NCBI GenBank assembly: GCA_003707115.1
Contig: PPNB01000002.1
Coordinates: 248,001 to 312,000, forward strand
Direction of reading: 5' to 3'
Source: Tortispora ganteri
Lineage: Eukaryota
Length of the DNA stretch: 64,000 bases
Both the position numbers and the translations under genes were made by a program. The first letter of the stretch is position 1. The number at the start of each line of letters is the position of its first letter. This document shows positions 1 through 9,613 of this stretch, in pieces. The notes under the pieces were generated by a model. It worked only from the letters and a program-made list of their open reading frames with translations, was not told the origin of the DNA and did no database searches.

Positions 1-1087
1 TCTCTGGTTTTGAGATATCAACTAGGTCTATTTCGCCTTCTATCCTATTAGTTCCAGACCATTCGTGAAGGACTTTTGAGATATTTTTGCTGATCTTTTC
101 ACATTGCTGTATTAGCGAGTCAATAGCATGATACCCTCTAAATGTGGATACGCTATTCTCTATCATCTTCATACCCTCTGTGATGCGCTTTTTGTTCTTA
201 GTTCTGCTATTCTTTTTAGGAGCAGATGGATCAATAATAGCCAGTTCGCTTAGATGTGTAAATGGACGGAGAGACGTAATATGTTCAGCAAATGCTAAGT
301 TAGAAAGACTTATATCGGCGATATCTTCAGCATCGGCATTGTTTATAAAATTAAGAACCTCATCTTCTAATTCGCGAAGCGCTTCTTCATCTTCTGAATG
401 TTCTTGTTCGACTTCAGAGTCACTGACGGCCGTGTCTTCCAATAATTCCTCGTCGGACTCCGAAACTCTTCTAGATTTACTTTTGCTCTTACTTGCAGTA
501 GTTTTGAGCAGTTTGACTACTGCAGGTGCGTCCTTAGTCCTGGACATATCATTCTTAGAGACGCCTCTGAACACATTGATCTCGTCGTCGTCACTGTCGT
601 CAATTATGATAGATTGTGATTTAGTAGTAGGTATTGCAGCAGGTTCTTTCAAGTACGATACCGAGGTAGTAGGCTTGTATTTGAACTTGTCACGAATCGA
701 AAGCGAACTCGATACCACGCGCTTTGAGTTTTCAGGCGATTTTATAGCTGCGTCAGAAGATGAACGCTTGAGCACGGCTATACCGCGTTTGGGGGAGTCA
801 GGTTTATTACTTGCAATGAGAGGTTTTGTTTGTCTTAGTCTTTGTTTTTTCCGCTCTATAACCATATCTAACGCCTTGAAATAATCCGCTTTAAGTCGAG
901 CAGCAGACATACATTCTTCTGCCAGCGCGTCAGGTACAGCACGTTTGAGCCTTTTAGCAAGAGCTATGACTTCTGCATCTACTTTTATGATATTTCCAAT
1001 ATTTGTATTTTTAGGCTTGTATGAATATTTACTAAGATCTATTCTGCAATTTGTAGATTCACCTTGTGGGGCTGTATCTGACTGCAT
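1..1087 (-). CDS. FUN30: SNF2-family chromatin remodeller Fun30/SMARCAD1, N-terminal part (runs off window start)
   Basis: Manual minus-strand translation from ATG 1087: MQSDTAPQGES..., acidic stretch, then VLNFINNADAEDIADI...HITSLRPF...FRGYHAIDSLIQQCEK, which resembles the Fun30 region before the ATPase. The frame is open to position 1. Not in the ORF track. Confidence 0.75.
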   Translation of the reverse strand, partial: MQSDTAPQGESTNCRIDLSKYSYKPKNTNIGNIIKVDAEVIALAKRLKRAVPDALAEECMSAARLKADYFKALDMVIERKKQRLRQTKPLIASNKPDSPKRGIAVLKRSSSDAAIKSPENSKRVVSSSLSIRDKFKYKPTTSVSYLKEPAAIPTTKSQSIIIDDSDDDEINVFRGVSKNDMSRTKDAPAVVKLLKTTASKSKSKSRRVSESDEELLEDTAVSDSEVEQEHSEDEEALRELEDEVLNFINNADAEDIADISLSNLAFAEHITSLRPFTHLSELAIIDPSAPKKNSRTKNKKRITEGMKMIENSVSTFRGYHAIDSLIQQCEKISKNISKVLHEWSGTNRIEGEIDLVDISKPE

Positions 1088-1093
1088 ATTCAG

Positions 1094-1099
1094 ACGCGT
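1094..1099. promoter_or_regulatory. MCB-like element (ACGCGT) just upstream of FUN30
   Basis: Exact ACGCGT in the short divergent spacer; function is inferred only. Confidence 0.3.
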
Positions 1100-1156
1100 A
1101 TTAGAAGGAAGTGTAAAAATTCAAGTTTAGACTTCACTCACACACACACTTTTACA

Positions 1157-1693
1157 ATGGTCGGGTTCAAACTGACAAAAAAAAATGACACAAAAAAGGT
1201 CATTTCGAAATTTGATTTTGATGAAAAAGACACAGATATTTCAGTTATTTCAAAACCAAAACTTGTATCTGTAAATCTTGAGAAAAATGTTGACTCAGCG
1301 CTGCTTTACGATGATTCTGATCCAGTGCATCATCACCAACATGATCCCGTTAAAGTCAACAAACAACCACGGTACATTTCAGGACTCAAAAGGGCCGCTG
1401 AAGAAAGAAATAAATCTCGCCAACTTATTCGTGATATGAACTTACGACAGGAAAATCAGAAACTTGCTGAAAATCAACAAGTCTTTGTTACTGATACCTA
1501 CAAGAAACACATAGCATCTCTTGGTGAGCCAGTTCCGAGGTCTATTCCAAAGACTTCAAATAGCTCTTCTCAAGACACGTTGAACAGCTCTTCTCGGTCA
1601 CATAAAAAATCTCCTGCAGATATCCAGACTCTCAGAGAAAGGTATATTGTTAGACGCAAGGCGAAGATAGAGTCTCTACATGTCTCTACATGA
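1157..1693 (+). CDS. NSRP1/CCDC55-like coiled-coil protein (DUF2040 type)
   Basis: PRYISGLKRAAEER...VFVTDTYKK and C-terminal LRERYIVRRK resemble this family. Confidence 0.6.
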   Translation: MVGFKLTKKNDTKKVISKFDFDEKDTDISVISKPKLVSVNLEKNVDSALLYDDSDPVHHHQHDPVKVNKQPRYISGLKRAAEERNKSRQLIRDMNLRQENQKLAENQQVFVTDTYKKHIASLGEPVPRSIPKTSNSSSQDTLNSSSRSHKKSPADIQTLRERYIVRRKAKIESLHVST

Positions 1694-1699
1694 TTGCTT

Positions 1700-1770
1700 G
1701 TCTATTTGACTAGGTCTATTGACTAGGTCTATTGACTAGGTCTATTGACTAGGTCTATTGACTAGGTCTA
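1700..1770. repeat. 13-bp minisatellite (GACTAGGTCTATT), about 5 copies
   Basis: Full units start at 1708, 1721, 1734 and 1747. A partial unit spans 1760-1770 and a partial GTCTATT lies at 1700-1706. Confidence 0.95.
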
Positions 1771-3078
1771 CTACGTCACTGCAGGAAGAACTGTGCCTTC
1801 GACAGTACCAAATCCAACCAGTCCAGTCATTGCATCCCCGGCAACAGCACTAAATGTAACCGTGTCGCCATCCTCCAGGAACCGCCGAGTGGCGTTCCCG
1901 ATCACAATGTCTTGCTTGCCGCCTTGTGATAGTTCCAGCATCGAACCTTCTGTGCCTCGCTCGGCCCCGGAAATCGTGCCTGATCCAAGTAGATCGCCCA
2001 CTCTTAAATTGCATCCAGTTACGGTATGGTGGGCTATCATCTGCGGGAATGAGAAGAGCATGTTGTTGGCAGACATCTGCGAGATCCTGTAGCTTTCACC
2101 CGATAGAGTGAGATCAATCGATAGTTGGATATCGTACACAGTCTTGGGACTGAACTTGCAGGCAGACTCATCCAAGTACGGCTGGACTTTCGGATCTGAT
2201 TCTGTACGTTTGATCGGCTCACATCGGAAAGGCTCGAGGGCATCAGTGTGCACTACCCACGGAGAAATTGAAGTCGCGAAATTCTTTGACGTGAATGGTC
2301 CAAGCGGAACGTATTCCCAGGCCTGAATGTCTCTGGCACTCCAGTCATTCATTATCACAAACCCAAATAAGTAGTCATTTGCCTGCTCAATGGGTACAGG
2401 ATCGCCGAGCTTGTTTGATTTGCCTACGAAGGCGGCTAGCTCAAATTCGTAATCCATCTTCCTGCATGCATGCAGCTCAGGTTTTGTAGTCCCTTCGGTA
2501 TCAGGTACTAGGATCTGACCTTTGGGCCGTCTGATTCCTGTTCCAGAGATTACCACTGAACTAGCTCTGCCATGATACCCGACTGGCAGATGGTAGTAGT
2601 TTGGTTGAAGCGCGTTTTTGGGATCTCTAAATATGCAGCCACAATTGTACGCATGGTTGCGACCTACATAAAAATCCGTATAGTCGCCTATCTCAAAAGG
2701 CATATGCATGGTAACGTCTACCATTGGAACAAGCACTTTCTGTTGCAACTGGGTGTTATTCTTCAGCACGTCCGGATACTTTCCGTCCAATTTGAACAGT
2801 TCCTGGAGGTAAAGGCGCAGAACGGAATGGACTGGTTTCCCGAGAGCCGCGAGGTCGTTGAGTGTCTGCTGTTCTAGTGCCTTTGTGGTCTCCAGAAGAT
2901 TACGCGTGTCGACATCTAGACCTGCGAGCCCTTCACCACGTACGAATCCTGGGATATCAAGTACATAATCGCCAATGGCAATACCTATACGCTTTGATAA
3001 GAAGTTCGTGGAGAAGATTCCGAATGGGATATTTGAAAGAGAGAAATGGCTGTTTTTGCTGATATTGATCCACGACAT
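1771..3078 (-). CDS. fahA: Fumarylacetoacetase
   Basis: FSLSNIPFGIFS, GDYTDFY, PVGYHGRASS, NDWSARDIQAWEYVPLGPF, GDLLGSGTISG. Confidence 0.97.
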   Translation of the reverse strand: MSWINISKNSHFSLSNIPFGIFSTNFLSKRIGIAIGDYVLDIPGFVRGEGLAGLDVDTRNLLETTKALEQQTLNDLAALGKPVHSVLRLYLQELFKLDGKYPDVLKNNTQLQQKVLVPMVDVTMHMPFEIGDYTDFYVGRNHAYNCGCIFRDPKNALQPNYYHLPVGYHGRASSVVISGTGIRRPKGQILVPDTEGTTKPELHACRKMDYEFELAAFVGKSNKLGDPVPIEQANDYLFGFVIMNDWSARDIQAWEYVPLGPFTSKNFATSISPWVVHTDALEPFRCEPIKRTESDPKVQPYLDESACKFSPKTVYDIQLSIDLTLSGESYRISQMSANNMLFSFPQMIAHHTVTGCNLRVGDLLGSGTISGAERGTEGSMLELSQGGKQDIVIGNATRRFLEDGDTVTFSAVAGDAMTGLVGFGTVEGTVLPAVT

Positions 3079-3428
3079 TAGATTGTTTAGAGAAGTGCGA
3101 GCAGTTGTATATACATACGGTTATATGGAGAACAATGCAAGGTATTTAGACTTTACAATGCCTGCAAGAACTGAATCTAGGATTATCTCACTTCGCCCCC
3201 TCCACTTAAGTAGTACTGGAATAGGCATATAAAGAAGGGTTTTTTAAAGTTGTTTCTCCGCAATAAGGGTCCCTGTTCGAAAGAAGGAAAAGCTCCGAGA
3301 TTAATCACGAGGGAAAACCTTAAACTGAACGTTCTTTTTTTTCTACGGAATGCGGGCTAACAAACCAAAAGCAGTTTAGTATAAGTCAGTGCGATGTATT
3401 AGACACAGGATAAACTTACGATGGTTGC

Positions 3429-4802
3429 TTACTTTCTTGCCTTTACGGGGTTAGATGCGGATCCCTGCGTCGGGCCTTGGAAACTCTTCTTGATGGGCAA
3501 CCAGGATTCCTGGTTATAGGTCTTCTGCACTTTATCGCAGGTCTTGAGACCCCAGTCTGTGAGTCCAATCTGAAGACAGCTCTCGAACATGAATGCGATT
3601 GATCCCTCTCCGACTTTGGCGGGTTTCAGGTCCATAGTAGAGGCTTTGTTGTAGGTGGCTGCATCGGGTCCGTGTGAAGACATCACATTGTGCAAAGAGG
3701 CACCAGCGGGTAAGAAGCCGCCACCTTCTTTCGCATCATAGCTTCCTGATATAAGACCCATGAACTCAGACATAGTGTTCCTGTGGTACCATGGAGGTCT
3801 GAATGTTCCTTCGGCGACGAGCCAGCGCGGGGGAAATATCACGAAATCGGCAATGGCAGTGCCTAAATGATCAGATTGCGCGGTTAGGACCGTGAATATA
3901 GACGGGTCCGGGTGGTCGAACGAAATTGATCCGATAGTGTTAAACTTGCCTAGATCATACTTGAATGGATAGTAGATTCCGTGCCAGCCTACGACGTCGA
4001 ACGGAGAATGGTCAAGCTGGGCGCTGAACAGCGTTCCGTCGAACTTGCTAAACAACTTGTACGGCGTTGGATCGTCTACATATGCAGCGACAGGTGCCTC
4101 AAAGTCTCTAGCGTTAGCAAGTCCGTTAGAACCGATAGGACCGAGTTCGGGGAGCTCGAAATGGTTGTTGAAGATCTCGAGAATATAGCCTCGCACTGGC
4201 CCATTGGGCATCTTGATACGGAATCGGATTCCTCGTGGAATTACGACGATTTCGCAGGGACGTACATATAGTTTGCCGAGTTCAGTTTCGATATCCAAAT
4301 CTCCCGTCTGTGGAACAAATAAGAAATCACCGTCAGCGTTATAGAATGCCTCGTTGCCCATATCTTTGCCTGCAGCATACACATAGATGCCAATACCGTT
4401 CTTGACTCTGGGGTCGCCAGCTCCTGCTACCAGCTGCAATCCTTCGAGAAAAGTAGCCTCTTTGTCCATTGCAAAGGGATCCCATCTAATTTGGTTAGGA
4501 ATCTGGTGAAATGTGTTCTCTCTGCTCTGAAAGTTGAAGTTCTTTGCGCCTTCTACCTTCTCGAAGGGGCTGTGGGAAGCCGAGGGGATAATGCGATAGA
4601 CCCAGGTCTGTTTGTTTTCGTGTCTCGGTGCAGTAAATGCCGTGCCTGATAGTTTCTCAGCATAAAGACCGAATGGTGCCTGTTGAGGGCTGTTTTGGCC
4701 GACGGGCACAGCGCCTTCAATGGCTTCAGTGACGTGGTATGAGTTGAAGCCCGGTTGGTACTTATATGGATCGGGGGTTGCGAATTTAGTTCCAATTGCC
4801 AT
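3429..4802 (-). CDS. hmgA: Homogentisate 1,2-dioxygenase
   Basis: [64 protein letters not shown] (iron-ligand region). Confidence 0.98.
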   Translation of the reverse strand: MAIGTKFATPDPYKYQPGFNSYHVTEAIEGAVPVGQNSPQQAPFGLYAEKLSGTAFTAPRHENKQTWVYRIIPSASHSPFEKVEGAKNFNFQSRENTFHQIPNQIRWDPFAMDKEATFLEGLQLVAGAGDPRVKNGIGIYVYAAGKDMGNEAFYNADGDFLFVPQTGDLDIETELGKLYVRPCEIVVIPRGIRFRIKMPNGPVRGYILEIFNNHFELPELGPIGSNGLANARDFEAPVAAYVDDPTPYKLFSKFDGTLFSAQLDHSPFDVVGWHGIYYPFKYDLGKFNTIGSISFDHPDPSIFTVLTAQSDHLGTAIADFVIFPPRWLVAEGTFRPPWYHRNTMSEFMGLISGSYDAKEGGGFLPAGASLHNVMSSHGPDAATYNKASTMDLKPAKVGEGSIAFMFESCLQIGLTDWGLKTCDKVQKTYNQESWLPIKKSFQGPTQGSASNPVKARK

Positions 4803-5292
4803 CGCGTTCTTGGTAGATGATATTATACTGAATGGCTATCTCTTTTTATATAACACGGACTGAACCCTGAAGTATATTTTTCCGAGATTTCAAATCAGAT
4901 CAGGCAAAAATTTGAGCTGACTAGGCCTCATATATTAATATCCACCCCGCAAATTTTGCGGAATGTTTCCGAACCCTAACACGCAGATCCGCCTATAACC
5001 ATTGTATCTAAACAACGGTCTGAGGTAACACAATATGGCAGTAATGTCGAAATAACTTGTAGTATTTGATATTATCACAAAAACTTGTTGTACACAATCT
5101 GTATACGATATTGTATGTTTGCAAAAAAGACCCTTAATTTCGCATAAATCTTACGATCTTTACTTATGCTAGGGACCATTCTAAGATTTACTACATTATG
5201 CTTTACGATTTACATATGTTTTATTGTTTTAGAATATTATTATGCTAAATATGAATGCTATTCAAATGCTAAATTTAAATGCTAGATATTAT

Positions 5293-5781
5293 TTACAGTG
5301 ACGATTTGCCGATAGTGATTGTTACCGGCTTCTTCTCTTGAGTTTCTTTCTTCGGCACAGTAAGTTCTAGTACTCCGTTGTTAAATGAAGCGCTGATCTT
5401 GTCGGCGTCAACGCCTGGCTCAGTTGGAAGTCTTACAGTACGTTCATAACGTCCAACCCAACGCTCAGACACTTTCAAGTTTTCACGGTTCTCTTCCTTC
5501 TTGTCAGATACCTCAGCAGTAACCTTCAATTCATGTTTGACAGGATCGAAAGTCGCATTAATGTTGCTGGGATCAACACCAGGAATATCAGCATGTACTA
5601 AATAATTCTCGGCATTGTCATAGACATCGATAGGAGGAATAGCAGCTGCATCGGTAGCCGATCTCTTGTAGGCTTTTCTAGGAAATCCTACATCGTTAGG
5701 CAGACCCAATGCGCGCTGTGTAAATGCATCGTCGAATGCACTCTCGACGAGCTCCCAGAATGGTGTACGTGTAACAGACAT
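5293..5781 (-). CDS. Small heat-shock protein (Hsp20/alpha-crystallin domain)
   Basis: PPIDVYD, DIPGV, ERWVGRYERTVRLP, ISASFNNGVLELTVPK, C-terminal ITI motif. Confidence 0.93.
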   Translation of the reverse strand: MSVTRTPFWELVESAFDDAFTQRALGLPNDVGFPRKAYKRSATDAAAIPPIDVYDNAENYLVHADIPGVDPSNINATFDPVKHELKVTAEVSDKKEENRENLKVSERWVGRYERTVRLPTEPGVDADKISASFNNGVLELTVPKKETQEKKPVTITIGKSSL

Positions 5782-5870
5782 CTTTGTTATTAGTGTTTCG
5801 CTTGAGTATTTCTTCTTTGATTCTTATTGCTTTTCAAAAAACTACTGATGAACTTGGACTCAACCACCTC

Positions 5871-5960
5871 TATTTATATTTGTGAGAGACCTCTACTTCG
5901 ACAACTTTGTTACTCTTTCCAGCAATCTCTCCACATTGCTAGAACGTTCGATAAGGTTCT
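5871..5960 (-). promoter_or_regulatory. TATA box and gapped heat-shock element of the sHSP gene
   Basis: Minus-strand TATAAATA at about 5871-5878; AGAACGTTCG-ATAAG-GTTCT at 5941-5960 (nGAAn-nTTCn-gap-nTTCn). Confidence 0.6.
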
Positions 5961-6554
5961 CGCTTGCTTAAATAGGAAGGTAGTTGAACTTAAATTATGT
6001 AATAAGCTTTTTGTCGTAACTGTCTGTACACTCTCGAATTTGCTAGAAATTGAATGGATATGAGCAAATCTAGCATCCTATTTCTCACATATTATATCGA
6101 TTTCCCACTATTCTAGACGTAATGTTTTTCTGTATATATTAGATTACGTTAACAATCGATTGTGTTAGTGAACTGGCCTGCACTGACAATATGCTTTTGT
6201 ATCAGAAGTAAGTTTTGACCTGGTCAAAACTGATTCTTCGATGATTTATAATTATCATTGAAATAGTGGTAGAGCTGTATTAACTGGTCTATAAATCAAT
6301 TATTTTAGCTGTTTGGTACTGTTTTATCACTCCGACAGTGTTCTATATGCGTTTAGTGCACTTCTACCCTTCCTAGTCACTTCAAAAAGGAAGGAATTGA
6401 TCCCAAATTGAACCCTGCCGCTAGTTCTATTGCATAACTAGCTATCGATACATCAGAATCGATATATATTTTTTATTATACACAACGTAAATGCTATATA
6501 AATTTCATTATAATATGATACATTTAACTCCGCCCAATATGTGCTAGAATTGAA

Positions 6555-8778
6555 CTATATATTCGGTGATAACTTGTCAAAGACAATCAAATTGTTCACC
6601 TATAAATTGTTAGTTTTTTTCTTACAAAGATAACCATCGAATAGGTAATACTTACCGATTGAATTGAGCCGGTGAAAAATTCACGAGCTTCTAAAGCAAA
6701 CCATATCTTTGCCATTGACAGCACATCCGATTTGTCTTTAATATTCATAGGTTGTGAGCTCGCTCCAAGTTGGCGTAATATAGGTAGCGCACTGCAAATA
6801 TTGTTAGTTAACAAATTCATTCATTCATTCATTCTGTAAAGCAGAAAACAACAGAAAGGTCCTCAAAAATCTCTACTAACCTTTTAATTAGATCCAAATC
6901 CGGATCTAAGTCTCTTCCAATTCCTTCAAGCAAGAAAACTGATATAACCACATTGACAAAATCCGCTTCAAGACGCACATGATGTTGTCTTACCATTGTC
7001 AGCGTTTCATTTAATAGGTCACCAATGTTAAATACACCCAGCTTGAACGTCTGTCCTCGGATATTGTTTACAAGATGTTCCATTCTAAGTGCAAACAAAT
7101 CTCGATTAATCGCCGTTTCAGGTGATCGACTCCTTTCTATCATCAATTGCCCAACTCGATAACCGTCGAAGTTGGCAATAGCTTTGAATAAATCTATAAA
7201 GTTTCTCCTATTCACCTCATTCAACTCAGAGACTAACCCTGTATCAATGAAACAAATCCTTGGGGTGTATCCTGCCTCATGTAACCTGTCCAGCTCTTTC
7301 TGCCATGCTACCTTATCATGAGAAAAAGATTTTAGATGATTAGTAGCTATCGTCATATCCTCCAACTCTTCATCTGTCAACGCGCTAGAAGAAGATCTTC
7401 TTAAGCGCATCTCACTTGGCTTATACATCTGAATAATCATATTACCGGGATGAAGGTCTGCATGCACGAAGTTGTCTAACAATAACATTCTGAAGAAAGA
7501 ATTAAGACCCAGTTCAGCTATCTTTTTCTCAATAGGGTGTCCATGCGATGACTTTAGTTCTAGGAAATACTCCAAAGGAACACCATCGCAAAATTCTTCC
7601 ATGAGGACATGGCTTGACGAATATAGCAAGTATGGACGAGGGAACTTGACGCCTTCTCTATTAGCAAAAAGGTCAATAAACCGCTGAAGATTAGCACCCT
7701 CGACACGTAAATCCAGCTGAAGGCGCATCATATGCCCAAAATTTTCTACTTCATCTGGTAAACAAAGCCATTTAATGCTAGGAATGCAGTTTGCAACTTT
7801 TGCGATAATATTCATTATGCTCAAATCTCTCATTATCATGCTTTTGGCGCGAGGATGCAACACTTTAACAGCAACCCAGCTTGACGGTGGAACTTGTTTA
7901 GTGAAATTGTCTTTTAATGTACGCATAATGTTTCGTACCATGTGGTTATGAGAGAAAAAGGCGTCCGCTTCTGACAGTCGCTGTTCTGCGTGCTGGAGGT
8001 CATTCTTTATAAAATCTGGGGACAATTTTGCTTTATAGACCTGAGCAATCGCTCCCACACCTATAGGCTTGTAATATAACTCCTGAAATACATCTGCAAG
8101 ACTTGTGTTGTAAAAAGCACGGGAAATAAAGTGTCTCGAGTAGAAGAAGGCGTGCGGACTGACGTTGGAATGCAAAACCGACAACATATCGCAAAGACTG
8201 ATTGGGAACACATCGCGTCTCGAAGCAGCCCATTGACCAAGCTTTATAAAGGTAGGACCAGCAAGTTCGAGTACTTTTACGAGCAAGCGAAACCAAAGTA
8301 TAGCGCCTGATCGCAAATTATCTCTTTCGGGCGACCGAGGGCCTATCATGAAGAGCGGAGTAGCTAGAAATAGCGGCGCAAAGATTGAAGTCAGATAGCA
8401 TGCTCTAAGGAAGGTAGCCAATGGCTCATATAAGTACAGTTTGAGATAATGTGATACACGTCGCGTATATAATGCTAGTGTTGAGTGGCTTGGATAATAA
8501 GACTCGAGCTGATCCGATAGAACTAGCAGCTGTTCCTCGTACGTCAGTGATTCTTCAGCCTCATTATATTCCTCGAGATCTTCATCATCATCATAGTCAT
8601 CGTTCATATTTGTTTGCGGTGTCTGTACAGCGATCGCCGGCGCTGTCAGGTATAAGGGCCATAAACGCCTTGAGCCTGTATACGCGATGACTGGAACACA
8701 AAAAGCTCTTCGCCTAGTGAATCGGAACGATGAAGCCCATAGACGCCTAACCAATGCAATGCGTAATGAAGAAATCAT
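6555..8778 (-). CDS. CQD1: Mitochondrial ABC1/UbiB atypical kinase (Cqd1/ADCK2-like), 3 exons: 8778-6881, 6791-6656, 6599-6555
   Basis: GPTFIKLGQW, GVGAIAQVY, VAVKVLHP, HADLHPGN motifs. Removing introns 6880-6792 (GTTAGT..ACTAAC..CAG) and 6655-6600 (GTAAGT..ACTAAC..TAG) gives the in-frame tail SALPILRQLG...IWFALEAREF...FDKLSPNI*. Start at ATG 8778 is assumed. Confidence 0.85.
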
Positions 8779-9079
8779 ACAGCCAATTGACCATAATTCT
8801 CCTGACGGTTGCAAGGAGAAGTTATTAAAGGAAGATGACGTATTTTGAATGAGAAGCACAATCCAGGCAAGGTTGTCAAGGGAAATAGGGAGTTGTGGAC
8901 CAATTACCACCACTCAAGAAAGTTGTAGTAAAGGAACAGGGTTAGGGCACTTAAAGATTATTTTTTTGCGAGAATCAGGCAAGATTTCGATTCGAAACCC
9001 GCTGCGAAAAGGAGGAAATTTTCCGAAATTGTCGTTGTTTTGAAAAGTTATCGCTAGAAGTAAAAATAGTCTATCAGTT

Positions 9080-9334
9080 ATGGCAAGAAGACCATGGTAT
9101 GTTCAAGCTGCTGATGTTATACATCGAGTGACTGTGCTGAGCATTATAGGTGCTTCGTTGTATATGCTTGGTGGCACTACTTACATCGGTATCAAGCAGC
9201 ACTATGCCAGAAAAACTATGCACGAAGAAACTATGGCGCGATTGAAAGCTGAGGAAGAAGCTGGAGGTCGAACAGTAGAAGAGGCGCTGGCAGAACTACG
9301 TACTAACGCCGCCAAATCTCCCTCGAAAAGCTAG
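9080..9334 (+). CDS. COX14: Cytochrome c oxidase assembly factor Cox14
   Basis: WYVQAADVIHRVTVLSIIGASLYM closely resembles the yeast Cox14 N-terminus and its single transmembrane helix. Confidence 0.8.
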   Translation: MARRPWYVQAADVIHRVTVLSIIGASLYMLGGTTYIGIKQHYARKTMHEETMARLKAEEEAGGRTVEEALAELRTNAAKSPSKS

Positions 9335-9613
9335 ACTGTACCGAGATCGGATACTTTTCAACAATATCTAACCAAATTCGCTATTTCACATGTAAATACT
9401 TTGCGCTTTATACAATGAAAGTCTTTTCAGCAGAGGTAAACGGCAAAAGACACGCTCCTCAGTGATACACATTGCTAGCTGACCCGACTTTGTACGTCTG
9501 CATGCAATTCTTTAACGGGTTTCTTTTACTTGCATTGACTGTTTACTATTTAAGGCCATTCCTATAATAACACGATACATACCATAGTTCAATGAAAAAC
9601 TCAAGAATAAAAG

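Noticed and set aside
21..32. ACTAGGTCTATT matching 12 nt of the minisatellite unit
   Set aside because: Single short match inside FUN30 coding sequence; no evidence of an element boundary, so probably chance.
144..884. 246-aa plus-strand ORF
   Set aside because: Ser/Leu-rich antisense shadow of the acidic FUN30 N-terminus, with a GTG start and no recognisable motif.
1700..1770. Possible CRISPR array or telomeric repeat
   Set aside because: No spacers, eukaryotic context, and the unit has no G-rich strand typical of telomeric repeats.
6596..6820. 74-aa minus-strand ORF as a separate gene
   Set aside because: It is exon 2 of the ABC1 kinase plus flanking intron sequence.
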